Source: Ginglymostoma cirratum (Eukaryota). From it: a stretch of DNA of 64,000 nucleotides. Made by a program: the position numbers and the translations under genes. Below are positions 26,961 through 40,484 of this stretch, piece by piece (positions within the stretch are counted from its first letter, which is position 1; each line of letters starts with the position of its first letter). Below the pieces are notes generated by a model. It did not search any database. It was not told the origin of the DNA and saw only the letters and a list, made by a program, of their open reading frames with translations. The stretch is from the NCBI GenBank assembly GCA_024137785.1, contig JAHRHZ010000058.1, positions 11,577,149-11,641,148 of the forward strand, read 5' to 3'.

Positions 26961-27149
26961 AATATCTGCCAAATCTCAAGTGCAATCTTCACTTGTCAGG
27001 AAGAGTAGGGCCCCGGATTGATACTCAATTATAATTCTGATGCAAGGTCGCCGGCCAAAAATGTTAAACACATCTCTTTTTCCCACCCACCGCTCTCTGT
27101 CCATAGATTTTAACTGACCTGGTGAGTTATTTTTAACTCTTTGTGACAG

Positions 27150-28030
27150 ATTGTCCCATGCTGGTCAATTTTTTTGTGACTTCCTCTACATTATTTGCAT
27201 CCTGCGTTCTGGTCTTGACCAGTCAGATGGCCTTCTGCGAATATTTTTTCCTTTTTTTTACCTCTAGTATGCTGTACTCGTTTGATGTAGAATGTTTCTC
27301 AGCATAATGTGAAGCTTTGCCTGTTCGCCCATTAAGATATTCCACCTGATAATTGACAGTCTGAGTTTCCACACATGTCAGTAGCTTTCCTGAGAGTAAC
27401 TTTCTCCTCTCTCAGCAGATGTGCTCTCATGGGAGGCTCTTTTATGCTTAAAATAATTCTATCTCTGATGAGATCATATTTCAGTTGTCCAAAATCACAG
27501 GATCCAGCTAGATGTATAAGTTCAGTCACTTGTTGATCAATAGTCTCTCTAACTACAAACAATGAAGTTGAATTCATACTGTTTATATTAATCAACAAGA
27601 TGGGTGTCAAAGTATTTATTTGAACCTTTCAAAATCTTGCCTGTTGGGGTTCTCTGTTCCTTGATGGATCTAGGCTATAGTACAACTTGTATCACAAATG
27701 CCCTTAAGGGAAGGAAACTGCTATCCTTACCTAATCTGGCCTACATGTGACTCCAGGTCCACAGCAATGTGGTTGTCTCTTAACTGCCCTCTGGGGAATT
27801 AGGGATGGGCAATAAACGCTGCTTAGCCAGTGACGTCCTCATCCTGTGAATGAATAAAAAAAAACCTGTCTTCCCCAGCACTAATAGCAGGGTTACAACT
27901 CTTATTTGCTCAGTCTTTTTATTTAATTCTGTAGCTATTTCATAATTTTACAATGATGACTGTACAATTTCCGTTAATGTTTCATATCCCCTTCAATTTC
28001 CTCATTGGCTTTAAGTGGAACATCCAGTCT
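27150..28030 (-). mobile_element. Gypsy-like gag remnant interrupted by a SINE
   Basis: ORF 27332-27610 ETIDQQVTELIHLAGSCDFGQLKYDLIRDRIILSI...LLREEKVTLRKATDMC. Confidence 0.7.
27695..27864 (+). mobile_element. 5'-truncated SacSINE1-like SINE
   Basis: Matches 11975-12140; ends gaatgaataaaaaaaa. Confidence 0.8.
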
Positions 28031-29054
28031 TTTGACTCATCCAGTCCTTCGAAGTAATAGACCACGTGTTCTTAATTTTTCCTTGCTTTTTGTTACACAC
28101 AGTGGCTAGGTTTTTTGCAGCTCTGAAAACTCATTCAATCTCAGTTTCACACTCCTGGCATTATTTTCTAAGTAGTGAGTTTACATTACATATGTGCAAT
28201 TGCAATTCTCCACAGAATACTGATGATTATTCCTTTTATGGCAAAGACAAGTAAAGACCTTTGGCCTGTCCAGAAGCGGTGGTGATTTTAAATGACTGAT
28301 CTGAAATTAGCATAAATACGGTTGCACCAAATCATTTGCATTCTGTGAAAAGTTTCCAAGTTGAATCATGCTGACATCCATTGCATTTATATTCAGATGC
28401 ATATTTTGTGAAAGTGATATGCTCGGAGGTTAGCAGAGTCTGATGATGATATTAGTATTGGTTCTTGCAGCCACAATTGTAGTTTTATCCCCTCTTTTGA
28501 CTATGAGGCTCTATTTGTATTGTTGGATTCTTGGAATTTGTCTGTTGCTGCTGTACTCTTTAAAAGCTTTGATTCGGGCTAGTCCGCAGAGATGGTGAAT
28601 CAATATTTAATAACACAACAATAACTTTGTCCTGTTTGCAGATGCTTCTATGACAAGTTCATGAAATAACAATAATTCTACACATAATGCAGTATTTATT
28701 CAAGCTACTGTTTCTGATTCCATTATGAAAAGAAATGGTGTTTTATGTGAAGCAAATTATATTTTGCACATGAACAGCTGCTTGATTTAAAATAAGATAT
28801 TAGCAATACCAAGCGGTGATTGTTCTCATAATATTCACTCTCAATTTTTCAAATTGTCCATACACAGTACTCCAATAGATTTTGATTTGGAGGTTGATGC
28901 ACTGGTGATTAATGTCTTTACAGTATCATTAAAATGTTCCTTGTTTTTCAATGAATTTGTCTATTTCTTGGCTGATGTGTTGAGTAACCAGTCTTTTCAT
29001 TGTACCAAATAAGATGATGTACAGAATTGCTGGATTGCTAAGGACTTGGAGACA

Positions 29055-29270
29055 ATAAGGAGTGCAGGTGCTGGAAGCCAGACTATATAGGTGTGAGGCT
29101 GGAAAAGCACAGCAGGTCAGACAGCATCAGAGGAGCAGGAAAGTCACCGTTTTGGGCCGAAACCCTTCATCAGCCCTGAAACGTTGACTTTCCTACTCCT
29201 CTGATGCTGTCTGACGTGCTGTGCTTTTCTAGGCTCACACCTATGGACTACTGGGTTTCTAATATCTCCT
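29055..29270. mobile_element. Palindromic Penelope-derived short element
   Basis: Arms aggtgtgaggctggaaaagcacagcaggtcagacagcatcagaggag and ctcctctgatgctgtctgacgtgctgtgcttttctaggctcacacct. Confidence 0.75.
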
Positions 29271-29984
29271 TCTTTGGTTCTGTGTTGATTTGTGCCTCAT
29301 TGCGCTTCTGTGAATCACCTCGGGACAATGAACATAGTCTGGAAATGCAACTCGTTGTGTTATGTTCGAAGGAGGGAAATGAAAGGGAATGAGTCAATAT
29401 GCCAGTTTTCTTCGTGTGGTAGAATTTCTCGTACATTTTTGATGCCATGTCACATTCTATGAGAGTTAAATTTCCTAATTTAGGTATTCAGCCACTTCCA
29501 CTTTTGAGATATGTCAGTGTTATTGAACAGTACTCTTTCAGAATTGTGTAGTTACATTCTGCTTTGCAACCTTATAGCGTATTTTATTCATTTTTTTCAA
29601 TATTCTAAGTTGTCATTACTGATGATATACAATGGAGGCATGTGTGTTCTGAACACAATCGTTATTTGCATTGATTCAGTGGTAAGGATCCCTAAATGAG
29701 CCTCTCATGGAGTGATGCTTTTCTCTTTTCTCCCTCAAGTATAAAATAAGAGATTGCTAAACTGTCTGTGATTTGAATGTAGAGGTCATAAGCATGTCTG
29801 ATGGGAGAAACTGGTGCAGCAAATTATGTTTGTCAAAAATTAGCTTTCAGGTATAACTTGGAGACATTGTGGAGGGAACTTCCCCTGCATCTAGATATTC
29901 AGTGCTGATATTTTCTAGAACTTTGACACACATGTTGATGAGAGCAGATTTAGTGACAAGTAACATGGTAATCAAGAAGAAAAA

Positions 29985-30190
29985 AAATAAAGAACTGCAG
30001 TTGCCGGAAATCTGAAATAAAACACTAAGTTGTTTGAGAAACTCAGCAGGTTTGGCAGCATCTGTGGAGTGAAAAACAGCATTCGTGTTATGGGTCTAGT
30101 GAAGAAGGGACCTTAAACATTGACTCTGTTTCTCTCTCCACAGATGCTGCCAAACCTGCTAAGTTTCTGCTGCCATTTCTGCTTCTGTTT
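29985..30190. mobile_element. Palindromic Penelope-derived short element (second subfamily)
   Basis: Arms actcagcaggtttggcagcatctgtggag and ctccacagatgctgccaaacctgctaagtt. Confidence 0.75.
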
Positions 30191-32754
30191 AAAAGAACAG
30201 ACTTCACTAAGAAGAAGGAGGAAGAAAGGACAAGTTTAGCCCTTTATGTAGAATAGCAGGATTCCTTTATTTAATGTTTTTTTTGTGTGTGTGTGCAACA
30301 AAAACACTTAGCTCAAAATAACCAGTTATGAGTGGGTCAGGAAAGGTAACTGGATATATTTTAAATTAAACTGAAAAGCTTTTCAATGTAGTTTGCGATA
30401 TTTTTATTTTTTCTCTCAATATGACTCTTACCTTTCACGAAATTCCTGTATTTTGAAGTTATGGATTAAATTTTACGAGCATCAATTGAGGCCTTTTGAA
30501 TTGTGAACCATAGAATGAGGTAATCAATTTTGTCTTTCCAATTTCAGACCATATTTATTTGAATCTGACATTCATCTGAATAAGTTCATACTTGGTCACT
30601 ATGCAAAAAAATAAATTGCTCCATTATTCAGCAGCTTAGATATGCTGAGAGTACAGTATCGAGGTTTTGAAGCACCAATGGAGGATTTATTCATAATTAC
30701 AATGTTTAAATAATTAAATATCATAAATGCATTTTGCATTATTTAAATGATGAATGATTGTCAGCTACATATCCCAACAGGCTTTATATTTGAGTTAACA
30801 AGTTGCAGTTGAGAAGATTGAGTGAACCAACAAATTGGAAACAAGGATATCCATGCAAATAATAAGTATAATTCCCAAAGTAGGTTTAAGCTGGTACTTT
30901 GTTTAATAACGGATTAAATTTTGATCAAAATTATACTAAGTTTTTAAAAACAGGATTACACATTTCTGCTTTGCATTAGCTAAGACTTGCCATTCTGATG
31001 AATTGTTGTCCAATGCTCATCACTTCACAACGGGATGGTGTGCTGTGAAATATAATAGGATCTGATTTCACCTTAACAAACTTGAGCAAAATCTTTAAAC
31101 TGTCTCTTAGGAGCTGGCAGTGAATATTAACACTTAAGTTTATCTTGTTTATCCATCTACATTTATTTAAAAATGTCACCTCCTGTGATGATTTGTTTCA
31201 GGTAAAGGATTGAACTAAAAATGCCCTTCTTGCTTATCCAGTGCTGAATTAATAATGATCAGTTCTTAAGAATGAAAGAATTTGTACTGTATCTAAAAGA
31301 CTTTTAACAGCATCCTCATTTTTTTTTTCGTGAATTACTCTTTCAGGCAGGGGATGTAGGCCAGGCCAACATTTACTACCCCATATCTATCTGGCCTGGA
31401 GAAGTTGCATAGTTAACATTCTGCTTGCACAAATTGTGTTAAGTGTATTTCTGTTCTGCAACATGCTGATGTCTAATAGATTAGTCAAATATCAATGGAT
31501 ACATTGCACAATCATTGAGTGCCCTTTCCTCAAAAAATGTCTGAAATGCTGACTGTATTGGAAAGGAGCACAAATGTACAAAAAACAAACTTCAACTGCA
31601 CGGATTCGTGGAATGGAAGAAGTCTTTGTTGGAAGATAACAAAAATGTAGTGATACAAGACTAATATTGCACCTTTAACTCTGAAAAGAAGGGGAATGTT
31701 TCAGTGCATTACTGTCTAAATACTAATTACATCAGTGGAATATAAGATATATTAGATTGTCATTGCTATGACCACTTCTCAACTATCAGCGATGTATAAA
31801 TGACTGAAAGCCACAAGGGGGCAGGAGAAACCGCAATGTGTTCTGCAAATTCTGCGCCAATATTAGAGTATTTCTCTTTCTAGTAAACTGTCAGACTTTG
31901 AAGTTCAGAAGATCAAAAGTAGCTTTCATTGTTGAAGTAATTGTTAGTTAAATTATTTCCAGGAAATAGGCGGGGAGGGGTGTGTGGGAAATCACTTGAA
32001 GCAATGATATTTATGGGAGACAGAGGAATTCAGGGAGGGATCAGGAGTCTGCAGTTAGAAAACCCAGAAAGGCCGGAAATGCATGGGTCCTATAAAATTA
32101 AAGAGCAGATCCTCATCAGCATATACGGGTTAAGGTTCAAATCCTACCTGCCCCAAATGTGTATAATAACATGTCTAAGCAGATTGGTTGAATTGGCAAT
32201 ATGACTATGGCCGTAATCAGTCTGAAAACTTGTGGCTCTTGTGGTTCAGTGGTAGTGTTCCTGACTCACTGTCCCACACTACCTTGCCTGTTTCAATGCC
32301 TTCACTGCCTCCAAACAACCACTCGAGAGTGCAGAAGATTCCACACCTCGATTAGTCAAGTGAAAGACCTTTAAAAAGCTGCACCTCAACATTTCGTCTC
32401 CTTTGAAACGTCGACCAAAGTAGCTTCAAGGAAAAGAAACATTAATAGTGATTGTTTTCATTTCTGTGAATGCAAATGTTTAGACTCTGGTAGGTATTGA
32501 TCAGATGGACTTGCTCAGCGCTTGGTTTTAGCACAAAATCTTGGAGGTCTTTCCAAGGGGAAGGCATATGCACAGACCCAATATATACGCTGGCACGTGT
32601 GGCATAATTCAAAAGTGCATCAAAGTACCATTCACTATGCATGTGCACTGAGACAAATTTAAGACGCACTAGGCGGCAATATTGTCCATCATGTCCGTGC
32701 TGTATAATGATCTCAAGTCTTTGTTGAATAATCTAAAGTAAACATGGATTGAAC

Positions 32755-32905
32755 AATAACAAAACAAAATACTGTGGATGCTGGAAATCTAAAACAAATT
32801 CAAAAAATGCTGGAACAACTCAGAAGCTAAAGCCTTTTCTCTGGAGCTCTGAAGAGGAGCCTTTGGACTCAAAACGTAAACTTGGCCTCTCTTCCAACAG
32901 ATGGA
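32755..32905. mobile_element. Fragment of the same palindromic element family
   Basis: aaatactgtggatgctggaaatctaaaacaaa...ctgaagaggagcctttggactcaaaacgtaaac. Confidence 0.6.
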
Positions 32906-34619
32906 TTGAAGGGTGTCAAGCAGAAATTTACCATAAGTACTAATGCTACAGCATTGTACTAAACATAAACGTAGAGTTACAAAGAGGACAGATAGCTCAT
33001 TACATGTTTGGTGCTCAATGAGCAACGAGAGATGTGGGGACTTTTTGTATTGCTGAGATATCCAGTGTACACTTCACATGCACCATTTTCTCAATGTTAT
33101 AATGTCAGAGGGATGCTACTGCAACTTGATTACTGCACTCTTCTAACAAAATATACACACTTACATTGCTGATATAAGTACAAGGGGAAATTTAACTTTT
33201 ACCCCTGATTAGCTCATGAAAACCATTGGCTTATCCCTCAGGAAGATGTTGCAAGGCCAGGTTTCTTAGTAACAGTGTAATGTGTGCTGCCTGCCTGCTT
33301 GATGGTAGGAGGTACCCCATTGGTTTCGAGCAATCACAGAGAAAGCCTCCCACCCCCGTGAATTGGCGGAAAGGCTTTGGACAGGGTTCATGAATGTGTT
33401 TCATGGGGTCTGGGAGTGGGAAATGGATGTTTCGTGGACAATATGTGGCGTAGATGAAAGGGCTTGTGATCTGGGTGCTCAACCTTAGTTTTTCAAGGCT
33501 GCAAGAGAAGACCTGCATCTTTTTAAAATACCTATTGGAAAAGGACTCCCTTTCGTTCCTGTCAAATCTAACGACATTGGCAGTAGCTACTTCATCTGGA
33601 AGGATGTTAACATGCTTGTGGAATTCAATTGACACGTCAGGCAGGCAACATTTAAGAGACAAAAAAAAACAGTGGTATTAAAATTACTGCAGAGGAAATG
33701 TAAAAATGGCAAGCAACATAAACCCCCTTAGCTGTAGTTTCTGATTGGTGGACAAAGTTAAGACATCCCCAGCAGTTTTGCAAGAGAGTTATTCTACTCA
33801 GCAGCGTTTTACTCTTCCTTCCCTGTTGCACATTGAGGTTCATTAACTACCTTCAGTAAAACACGTTTAATTTATTACTGCTTTTCTTTACATTACATCC
33901 TAAGCTGTGTCCTGTTCTTCAGTTGAATTCAAGTAGCACGGACGGGCATTGAATGTCTTTTAGTCCACTCCTGTGTGTGCGTAGCAAGTAGCTCAGTGGA
34001 TGGCCCCTCCATTGTTAGATGTTTTGACCTTTGACAAGGAGAATGTAGACTTACAGGAGGACCTTGCTTGAGAGCATCGTTGCATAGTCAGTAGCATTGG
34101 AAATTTCATGAAAGTTGTGCCGTTCATGGCCACAAAGCAAATGTAAGGATTGACCATCAGTTTCATAGATGTGCAAAATGTGATTTTTTGACATAATGAT
34201 GTCATGAAAAATCCAATATGATTGTACATTTACAATTGCAATTGCAATTGCGAGCAAGTTTAATAATCTATTCAAGCTGAAATCAGCCAGTCAGCGCTAC
34301 AGACACTGCTGTGCACAACTGAACAGAAACACAGATGACAAATCAGTAAAGACAAGGAGAAGATGGCATTGGGAATGGTCCTGGCAGGCTTGGCACATTG
34401 GACTACATGTATTCACTGAATATGGTTTCAACATGTTCTCAAAGTGGGCTAGAAATTTTTGTAACCACACTGAATTCTTCTTTGTCCAGAATCAATTAAT
34501 AACCGGGTGATTTTACCATGTGAATAACCCCGAACTAAAGACTGTGTTATATACAAATACTGCTCAACAGTACATTACACTGTAAATTAGAAAGTGCAGC
34601 AGAAATATAGTTTCAGAGA

Positions 34620-35040
34620 TCTACAGTATAGAAAAAAGCCCTTTGGCCCATTACATTTTGCTGGTCAAAAACAACTCCCTAACTATTCGAATCCCATTTT
34701 CCAGCATTTGGCCTATAGCCTTGTACGCCTTGGCAGCACAAGTGCACATCTAAATATTTCTTAAATGTTATGAGGATTTCTGCCTCTTACAGACAGTGGG
34801 TTTCAGATTCCTACCACCCTCTGGGTGAAAAAGCTCTCTTCACAACTCGTATAAACCTCCTGCCCTTTAGCTTAAATCTATGCCCCCTGGTCATTGATCC
34901 TTCCATCAAGGGGAAGGGTTTCTTCCTGTCTTCTGTATTTATGCCCATCATAATTTTATACATCACAATCATGTCCCTTCTCAATCTCCTCTGCTCTAAG
35001 GAAAACAACCCCAGTCTGTTCAGTCTCTTTCATAACTAAA
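34620..35040 (-). mobile_element. CR1 LINE 3' end
   Basis: ORF FSLEQRRLRRDMIVMYKIMMG...TRGHRFKLKGRRF. Confidence 0.85.
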
Positions 35041-37104
35041 TCTTGGATGAAATTACAGAGTAAATGCTAGCAGTGAGATATTCATCATAAAGAATACTCA
35101 CCACAGTAGTGTTTCATAAATGTAGTCTTAAACTTGAGGTCATTATCTGACAGTAATATTGCGATAGAGCAGGGGTTCATATGCCTATTTTCATATTCAG
35201 TAGGGACAAAATTATCATCAGTATTAATAAATGCTCACATCTGCCAGTTTGACAAAACAAAATAACTTTTTATCGGTAAATATTCACAAGGTCATGGCAG
35301 GAAAGTATGATTATAGAAGTGGATTGTGAAATATTTTAAAAACCGCACCACTCCCTGGTCTTCTGGTCTCATTCAACGGCAGCCTCTGTATTAAATTTGA
35401 AACATAAAGATAATTCTACAGACAGCAGGTAAATAACTGCAAATATCACGGTAGCTAAACTGGAACATGTGTTCATCGCCATTAAACTCCCAAGTCTCAC
35501 AAAAGCAGCTTAGATCTTGATTTTGTCATTGCAAAACGGGTGACAGAGAGTTTGGTGGACCTTGTTACATTCCCCATTTTTATTTCCATTAACTTTCAAT
35601 TGGAATAAAACATTTTAAGAAATGAAGAATGGGGTTTTTTGTTTGTTGGGAGTCGTTTAACTCTCGGATTGTGGTCTAACTTGGCCTCGCTATTGGACAC
35701 AATGCATAATATCAGTAAGATAGCTCTCGTTGGCTAAGTGTGTAGACGGTAAGAAATGACTGGTTGACAGATGAAAATCTAATGATCAGTTGCCAGGTGT
35801 TGTAAACTAGAAAGTGGGCCCTTCAGTTACTGCAGTGCAATGATATTCTCTCTTTACGTCATCCCAGAATGTGATAGAATTCCCGTGGTAGATCCACTGG
35901 GGACTGGATGTTTAAAACAACAGATAGATGAGACTGCTATTAAATTTAAATAAATGCACCAAATGAAATCTGAGGATAAAGATAGAATATTTCAGCACAG
36001 AAGCTGGTTATGTAGCCTATCCAATTAACACTGGTTTTATTGGCTACAAAAGCCACTTACTCTAATCTCACTGTTCTGTTTGCTGCACATGCATTCCATC
36101 CTTTTGTAACAATGCGTAAGTTCTGAATTCTGCTACAAAAACCACTGGGATAATATATTCCACATTCAAATTCCTAATTGTGTTACAAGTTCTCGAAAAA
36201 TCTTGCTGATAATTTTTTATGTTTAACTTAAATTGGTGACCCGTGTTACTAGCCAGTTCACATAATGCTGCTATCTCGGATAGTCAAACAGAGTGTGATG
36301 AGACGTGGGCAGTAAAGTATCAGTGAATTGATTAAAGTATACAACATTAGTTTCTTGTGGACTTTGATCCTTGATTTGAATTAAAATATGGTGGGGAATT
36401 ACAGAAAGGAACCCAAACACAATGGACTGAAATTTAATGCGGGGTGGCAAGGCTCTGCACTTGGTGGCAGTGAGACCTGGTGCGGCAATGTAATCACACC
36501 TTCTCACTGACTCCCTGCCAGATGAAGGATGGCAGACAGTTTCCTGTTGCTGTTGGCTCTATTAAAGGGACGGCAGCTTTGAAGACTCTGCAATCCCAGC
36601 CGGGAGGGTCAGTGCTGCTGAGTCAGCTCAGTGACCTTGGAGTGCCCCAAAATGAAGGGCATCTTGGACAGGCCTTTGTAAACTAAAGCTAAAGATTACT
36701 GAGTGCGGAGGGGAAACCTCCAAGGATAGAGGGGAGGGCATCTATGGAGGCATGTCTTTCATGCTTGCCCCTTCCCTGTTTAAATCATAAAGCCTCTGGA
36801 TGTCACCCACAACCCTGCAGGCTGCCACGGGGAGTCCATATGTTTGAAGTTACTGGCTGTTGTAAAATGGCTGCCTAGTTCCATGGACAATGACGGGGTG
36901 CTGCCCTGACATGGCTTCATGTGATTTTATCCAACTCCCGATGCATTCCTGGCACATGAGCCGGGAGCATTCAGCTGTACATTTGTGTAGCATTGTGCAA
37001 TGAGAAAGTTAATCATCTCCCTTGCATTGTGTAGGACTGCACAAGTTTAACTCTGTTTAAATCTGATGACTCTCTGAATTGTTTTAATCTTCTTTTCGTT
37101 ACAG

Positions 37105-37134
37105 AACCCGATTCGAATCAGACTACCACGAAAA
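37105..37134 (+). CDS. PTPRC: Micro-exon, 30 nt, xPDSNQTTTK (putative CD45 exon 3 equivalent)
   Basis: tcttcttttcgttacag|AACCCGATTCGAATCAGACTACCACGAAAA|gtaagt: consensus acceptor and donor, phase 1-1, NQT sequon. Confidence 0.85.
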
Positions 37135-38897
37135 GTAAGTAATCAAAGGAAGCTTTTATTTAATCTGAGCCAAGCAGGTAGCTCACATGATGGTTTCTAT
37201 CATGGTGCCTATGTGTGAAATTAAAAATCTACACCGTTATATTTGTAGTAACAGCATTGTTGGTCTTAACAAGCAAGATGCAGATCTGTTAGTACATAAC
37301 AGTTTTACATTTCCAATTGAATAAATGCTTCTTTATAATACCATATTTATATTTGGAGCAATTCTTTACACATTATGCAAAAAATTCTTTGCAGTAAATT
37401 ATCATGTTTAAATCATTCGATTATTATTGTGGTCAAGTTTAAGCATGTTTTTAGTATGTTTGATTACCAATGGACAAAAACCATTGCTAAAAGTGAGGAA
37501 GTCACCTCTGTGTGTCATTAAATTTTTAAAAAAACGTTTTTTCAAGTTCATTCACCAGACTTTTACAACTCCACAGATTATTTCTATCACCTAATGGGGT
37601 GAAAAGTAATTTCACAAGGACAGTGTAATCTCTGAAATTTCATTTACATTTATCTGCTCCTTGAGCTTATGAAATTAACCTATTGTTATATGGAAGAAGT
37701 CTCCCTTCTTACTGCCTTAATCTCCATTGTGAATAAGTTTGAGTTGTTTGCAAACAATACTAATTACAAATGTATGAACTGGAACGATTGGTACATTAGT
37801 TATTTACAAATTTCAATGGCAGCAAATCAGTGCTTTTTTATTCATGAAGAATGAATTATTATTTTTCTTTTTTATGTTGATATTTCCTGTGAACTGTTCT
37901 GATGAGCGCAAATTGAAAAACTTTAATAAAATGTTGATAAAACTTAAGCAAATAAAACAAAAGTTCTGCAAAGTGACTTAATTTTATAGTTGAATGGAAA
38001 GTAAGACAGCAGTGTGGACTTCCACTCCATTCCAACTGAGTTAAAGATTACGGAAGTGAAGTAGCTCAACTTTGATGCTTTTGACACTCACTTCATTAAG
38101 GCAGCAACCTCACTTCCTAAATATCAATTGGTGTCCAATGACATCGAGCAGCACCCTGATGACCCATCTTTCCTGTTCATCAAAATCTTTCATACATTTG
38201 CTGGAAGCAGCCTAGTGTAATTAAAATATGCAGAAGATTTCCTCTGAGTGCCATGAGGGACGCTTGGGCCCCGGTCACCACAGATCTCACCCTCAGGAGA
38301 CATCTAAAAACCTGACCCGTATTCATACCTTCCAGCATGTCTCCAACAACAGATATGATTGCACCCACGCAAGATCAAGTATGTCCATTTAAAGATCTTC
38401 GTGTTCTCCACTGGACACAAGAGGTTTGTTCTATAGAAGCCAGGCTAAGTGTGCTTGATTTTTAAAAACTGGATGCTTTTTACCCTTTGTCTTCATTGAT
38501 AGACTTTTATTAATTTGATTGCTCGTTCACCATGTTCTGTTGTTTTGGAAGAAACTGGGTTGTTCTCAAGTGAACAAATATCCTGTAAATACTCTATTAA
38601 GTAGCTTGATTGTGTGGTGGGTGAAAATACCAAACTTAAAGCAAAATCTATGCTCCCTCAAGAAAAACATTTTATCACATTGAAGAATTTTACTGATTTG
38701 CAACATGTTATAGTTTTTGGATATGACTGATGATGTGTTTCTAGATGCAGTTGCAACATTCATCATTATTCGGGATCTATTTTATTAGATTACTGGTACA
38801 AAGCACATTTTCATATTCTAGTCTTTGGAAATTACTGATGATGCAATGTTTATTCTTTTTCAAAGCGTTCTTACCCAGGGCTTTGGTCTTTCAACAG

Positions 38898-38964
38898 CTC
38901 ACTCATCACTCACATTCCAGCACGACTCCATCAACAGTAACTACTGCACACATCACAAGTTCGA
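38898..38964 (+). pseudogene. Mucin cassette exon copy with a 2-nt deletion (67 nt); frame-disrupting if spliced at the homologous sites
   Basis: tcaacag|CTCACTCATCACTCACA-T-TCCAGCACG...TCGA|gtatgt; paralogous copies are 69 nt. Confidence 0.65.
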
Positions 38965-39284
38965 GTATGTCCATAAAGAAATAACACCTTCTTAGTTTGC
39001 TACCAAAAAGGGTACCACTCCGACATTCTCAGTTTGCCAATTCTGATCTTCATCGAATGATATTAGAATTGTTGTTTTGATGGAATGAAATTGCGATAGT
39101 CAGATATATTTGACCCGACACACTGAGTCAGCACTTTGAAAATGCTATTCAGTTTATCACTCTGCTGCTCTTTCCACACAGCTCTGCTTTTACCAAATTC
39201 AGGGAATATTATGCAGACAGAGCTACAGCCCTTTTATCGATTGTTTTACTTTGTCCAAAATCTAAAGCAATTGCTGCTGTAACC

Positions 39285-40100
39285 GATAACACAGTGTGGA
39301 GCTGGAGGAATACAGCAGACCAGGCAGCATCAGAGGAGCAGGAAAGTTGATGCTTCAGGTCGGGACTCTCCTTCAGAAATGGGGAGGGGAAGGGTGCTCT
39401 GAAATAAATAGAGGGAGGAAGGGTGGGACTGGGGAAGGTAGGTGGGATTGTGACAGGTGAGTGCAGGTAAGGAGTGGTGGGGATTAGTCAGTGGGATGGG
39501 TGGGGTCGATAGGTGGGAGGAAGAAGGACAGGATGTGTCAGGTCAAGGAGGTGGGGATGAGAGGGAGGGTTGGATATGGGATGTGGCCGGGGGTGGGGAG
39601 ATATTAAAACTGGTGAATTCCATGTTTAGGCCATCGGGCTGTAGGCACCGGAGACGGAATGTGAGGTGCTGCTTCTCCAGTTTCCGGATGGTGTCATTGT
39701 GACACTAGAGGAGGCCCAGGATTAACATGTCACCCAGGGATTGGGAGGGGACGTTAAAATGGTTGGCAACCAGAAGGTGTTGTTGTTTGTCGCAAACAGA
39801 GCATAGATGCTCTACAAAACGGTCTCACCGATGTAGAGGAAGCCACATCGGGAGCAGCAGATACAGTCGACCAAGTTGATGGATGTGCAGGTGAACCCCT
39901 GCCTGTTATGAAAGGTTTGTTTTAGGCCTTGAATGGAGGTGAAGGGGGAGGTGTAGGGGCATGTGTACAACTTTCTGCGGTTGCAGGGAAAGGTGCCGGG
40001 GGTGGTGAGGTTAGTGGGGAGCGTGAAGTGGATGAGAGCATCGCGGACAGAGTGATCCGTACGAAAGGCAGATAGGGGTGGGGAGGGAAATGTATCTGTT
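39285..40100 (-). mobile_element. Penelope-like retroelement 3' portion (GIY-YIG endonuclease), inserted in the exon array
   Basis: PGTFPCNRRKLYTCP...FTCTSINLVDCICCSRCGFLYIGET, then EHLCSV...VANHFN; contains stops. Confidence 0.85.
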
Positions 40101-40415
40101 TCTGAGGTCGGATTGTAGATTTTTGTTTCAGTCTGAATTGTATTTACCACATGCATAATGGGAGCAGTAAGTCCAGTCCGACCTGGTCTGTTGACAACAA
40201 ATGTAACTTTCAGGATCAGTTTTATTTTATCTGAAAATGTTTCATGTAGCATCAAGTAATCCCGTTCGTGTCAACATTTCAAAATGAGAGACATATCCTC
40301 CAAGCAGGATGCCAAAGTGTTGGGACAAAAAGATAGTTTTTGCAACATGCACCTCCAAATACTTACACATGTGACATTGTCGACAAGTTTATTCATAGAT
40401 TGTGTCTTTCATCGG

Positions 40416-40484
40416 ATCAGACATCACACATAACCTCCAGCAAAGCTACAAAATCAGTGACTGTTTCACTCCCAGCAGGTTCAA
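40416..40484 (+). pseudogene. Degenerate C-type cassette exon (xQTSHITSSKATKSVTVSLPAGS) with the acceptor lost
   Basis: Homologous CAGCAG reads CATCGG; donor GTGCCT is weak; the 69-nt body and flanks align with 43161-43229. Confidence 0.7.

Noticed and set aside
28642-28665. Good acceptor followed by xASMTSS
   Set aside because: A stop codon follows immediately and there is no credible donor
33231-34275. 143-aa and neighbouring minus-strand ORFs, possibly a decayed DNA transposon
   Set aside because: No motif I could recognise with confidence; needs a Dfam or HMM search
1-37100. Search for the signal-peptide exon of the mucin gene
   Set aside because: I found no convincing ATG + hydrophobic segment ending at a phase-1 donor; it probably lies upstream of the window, though a small exon could have been missed by eye
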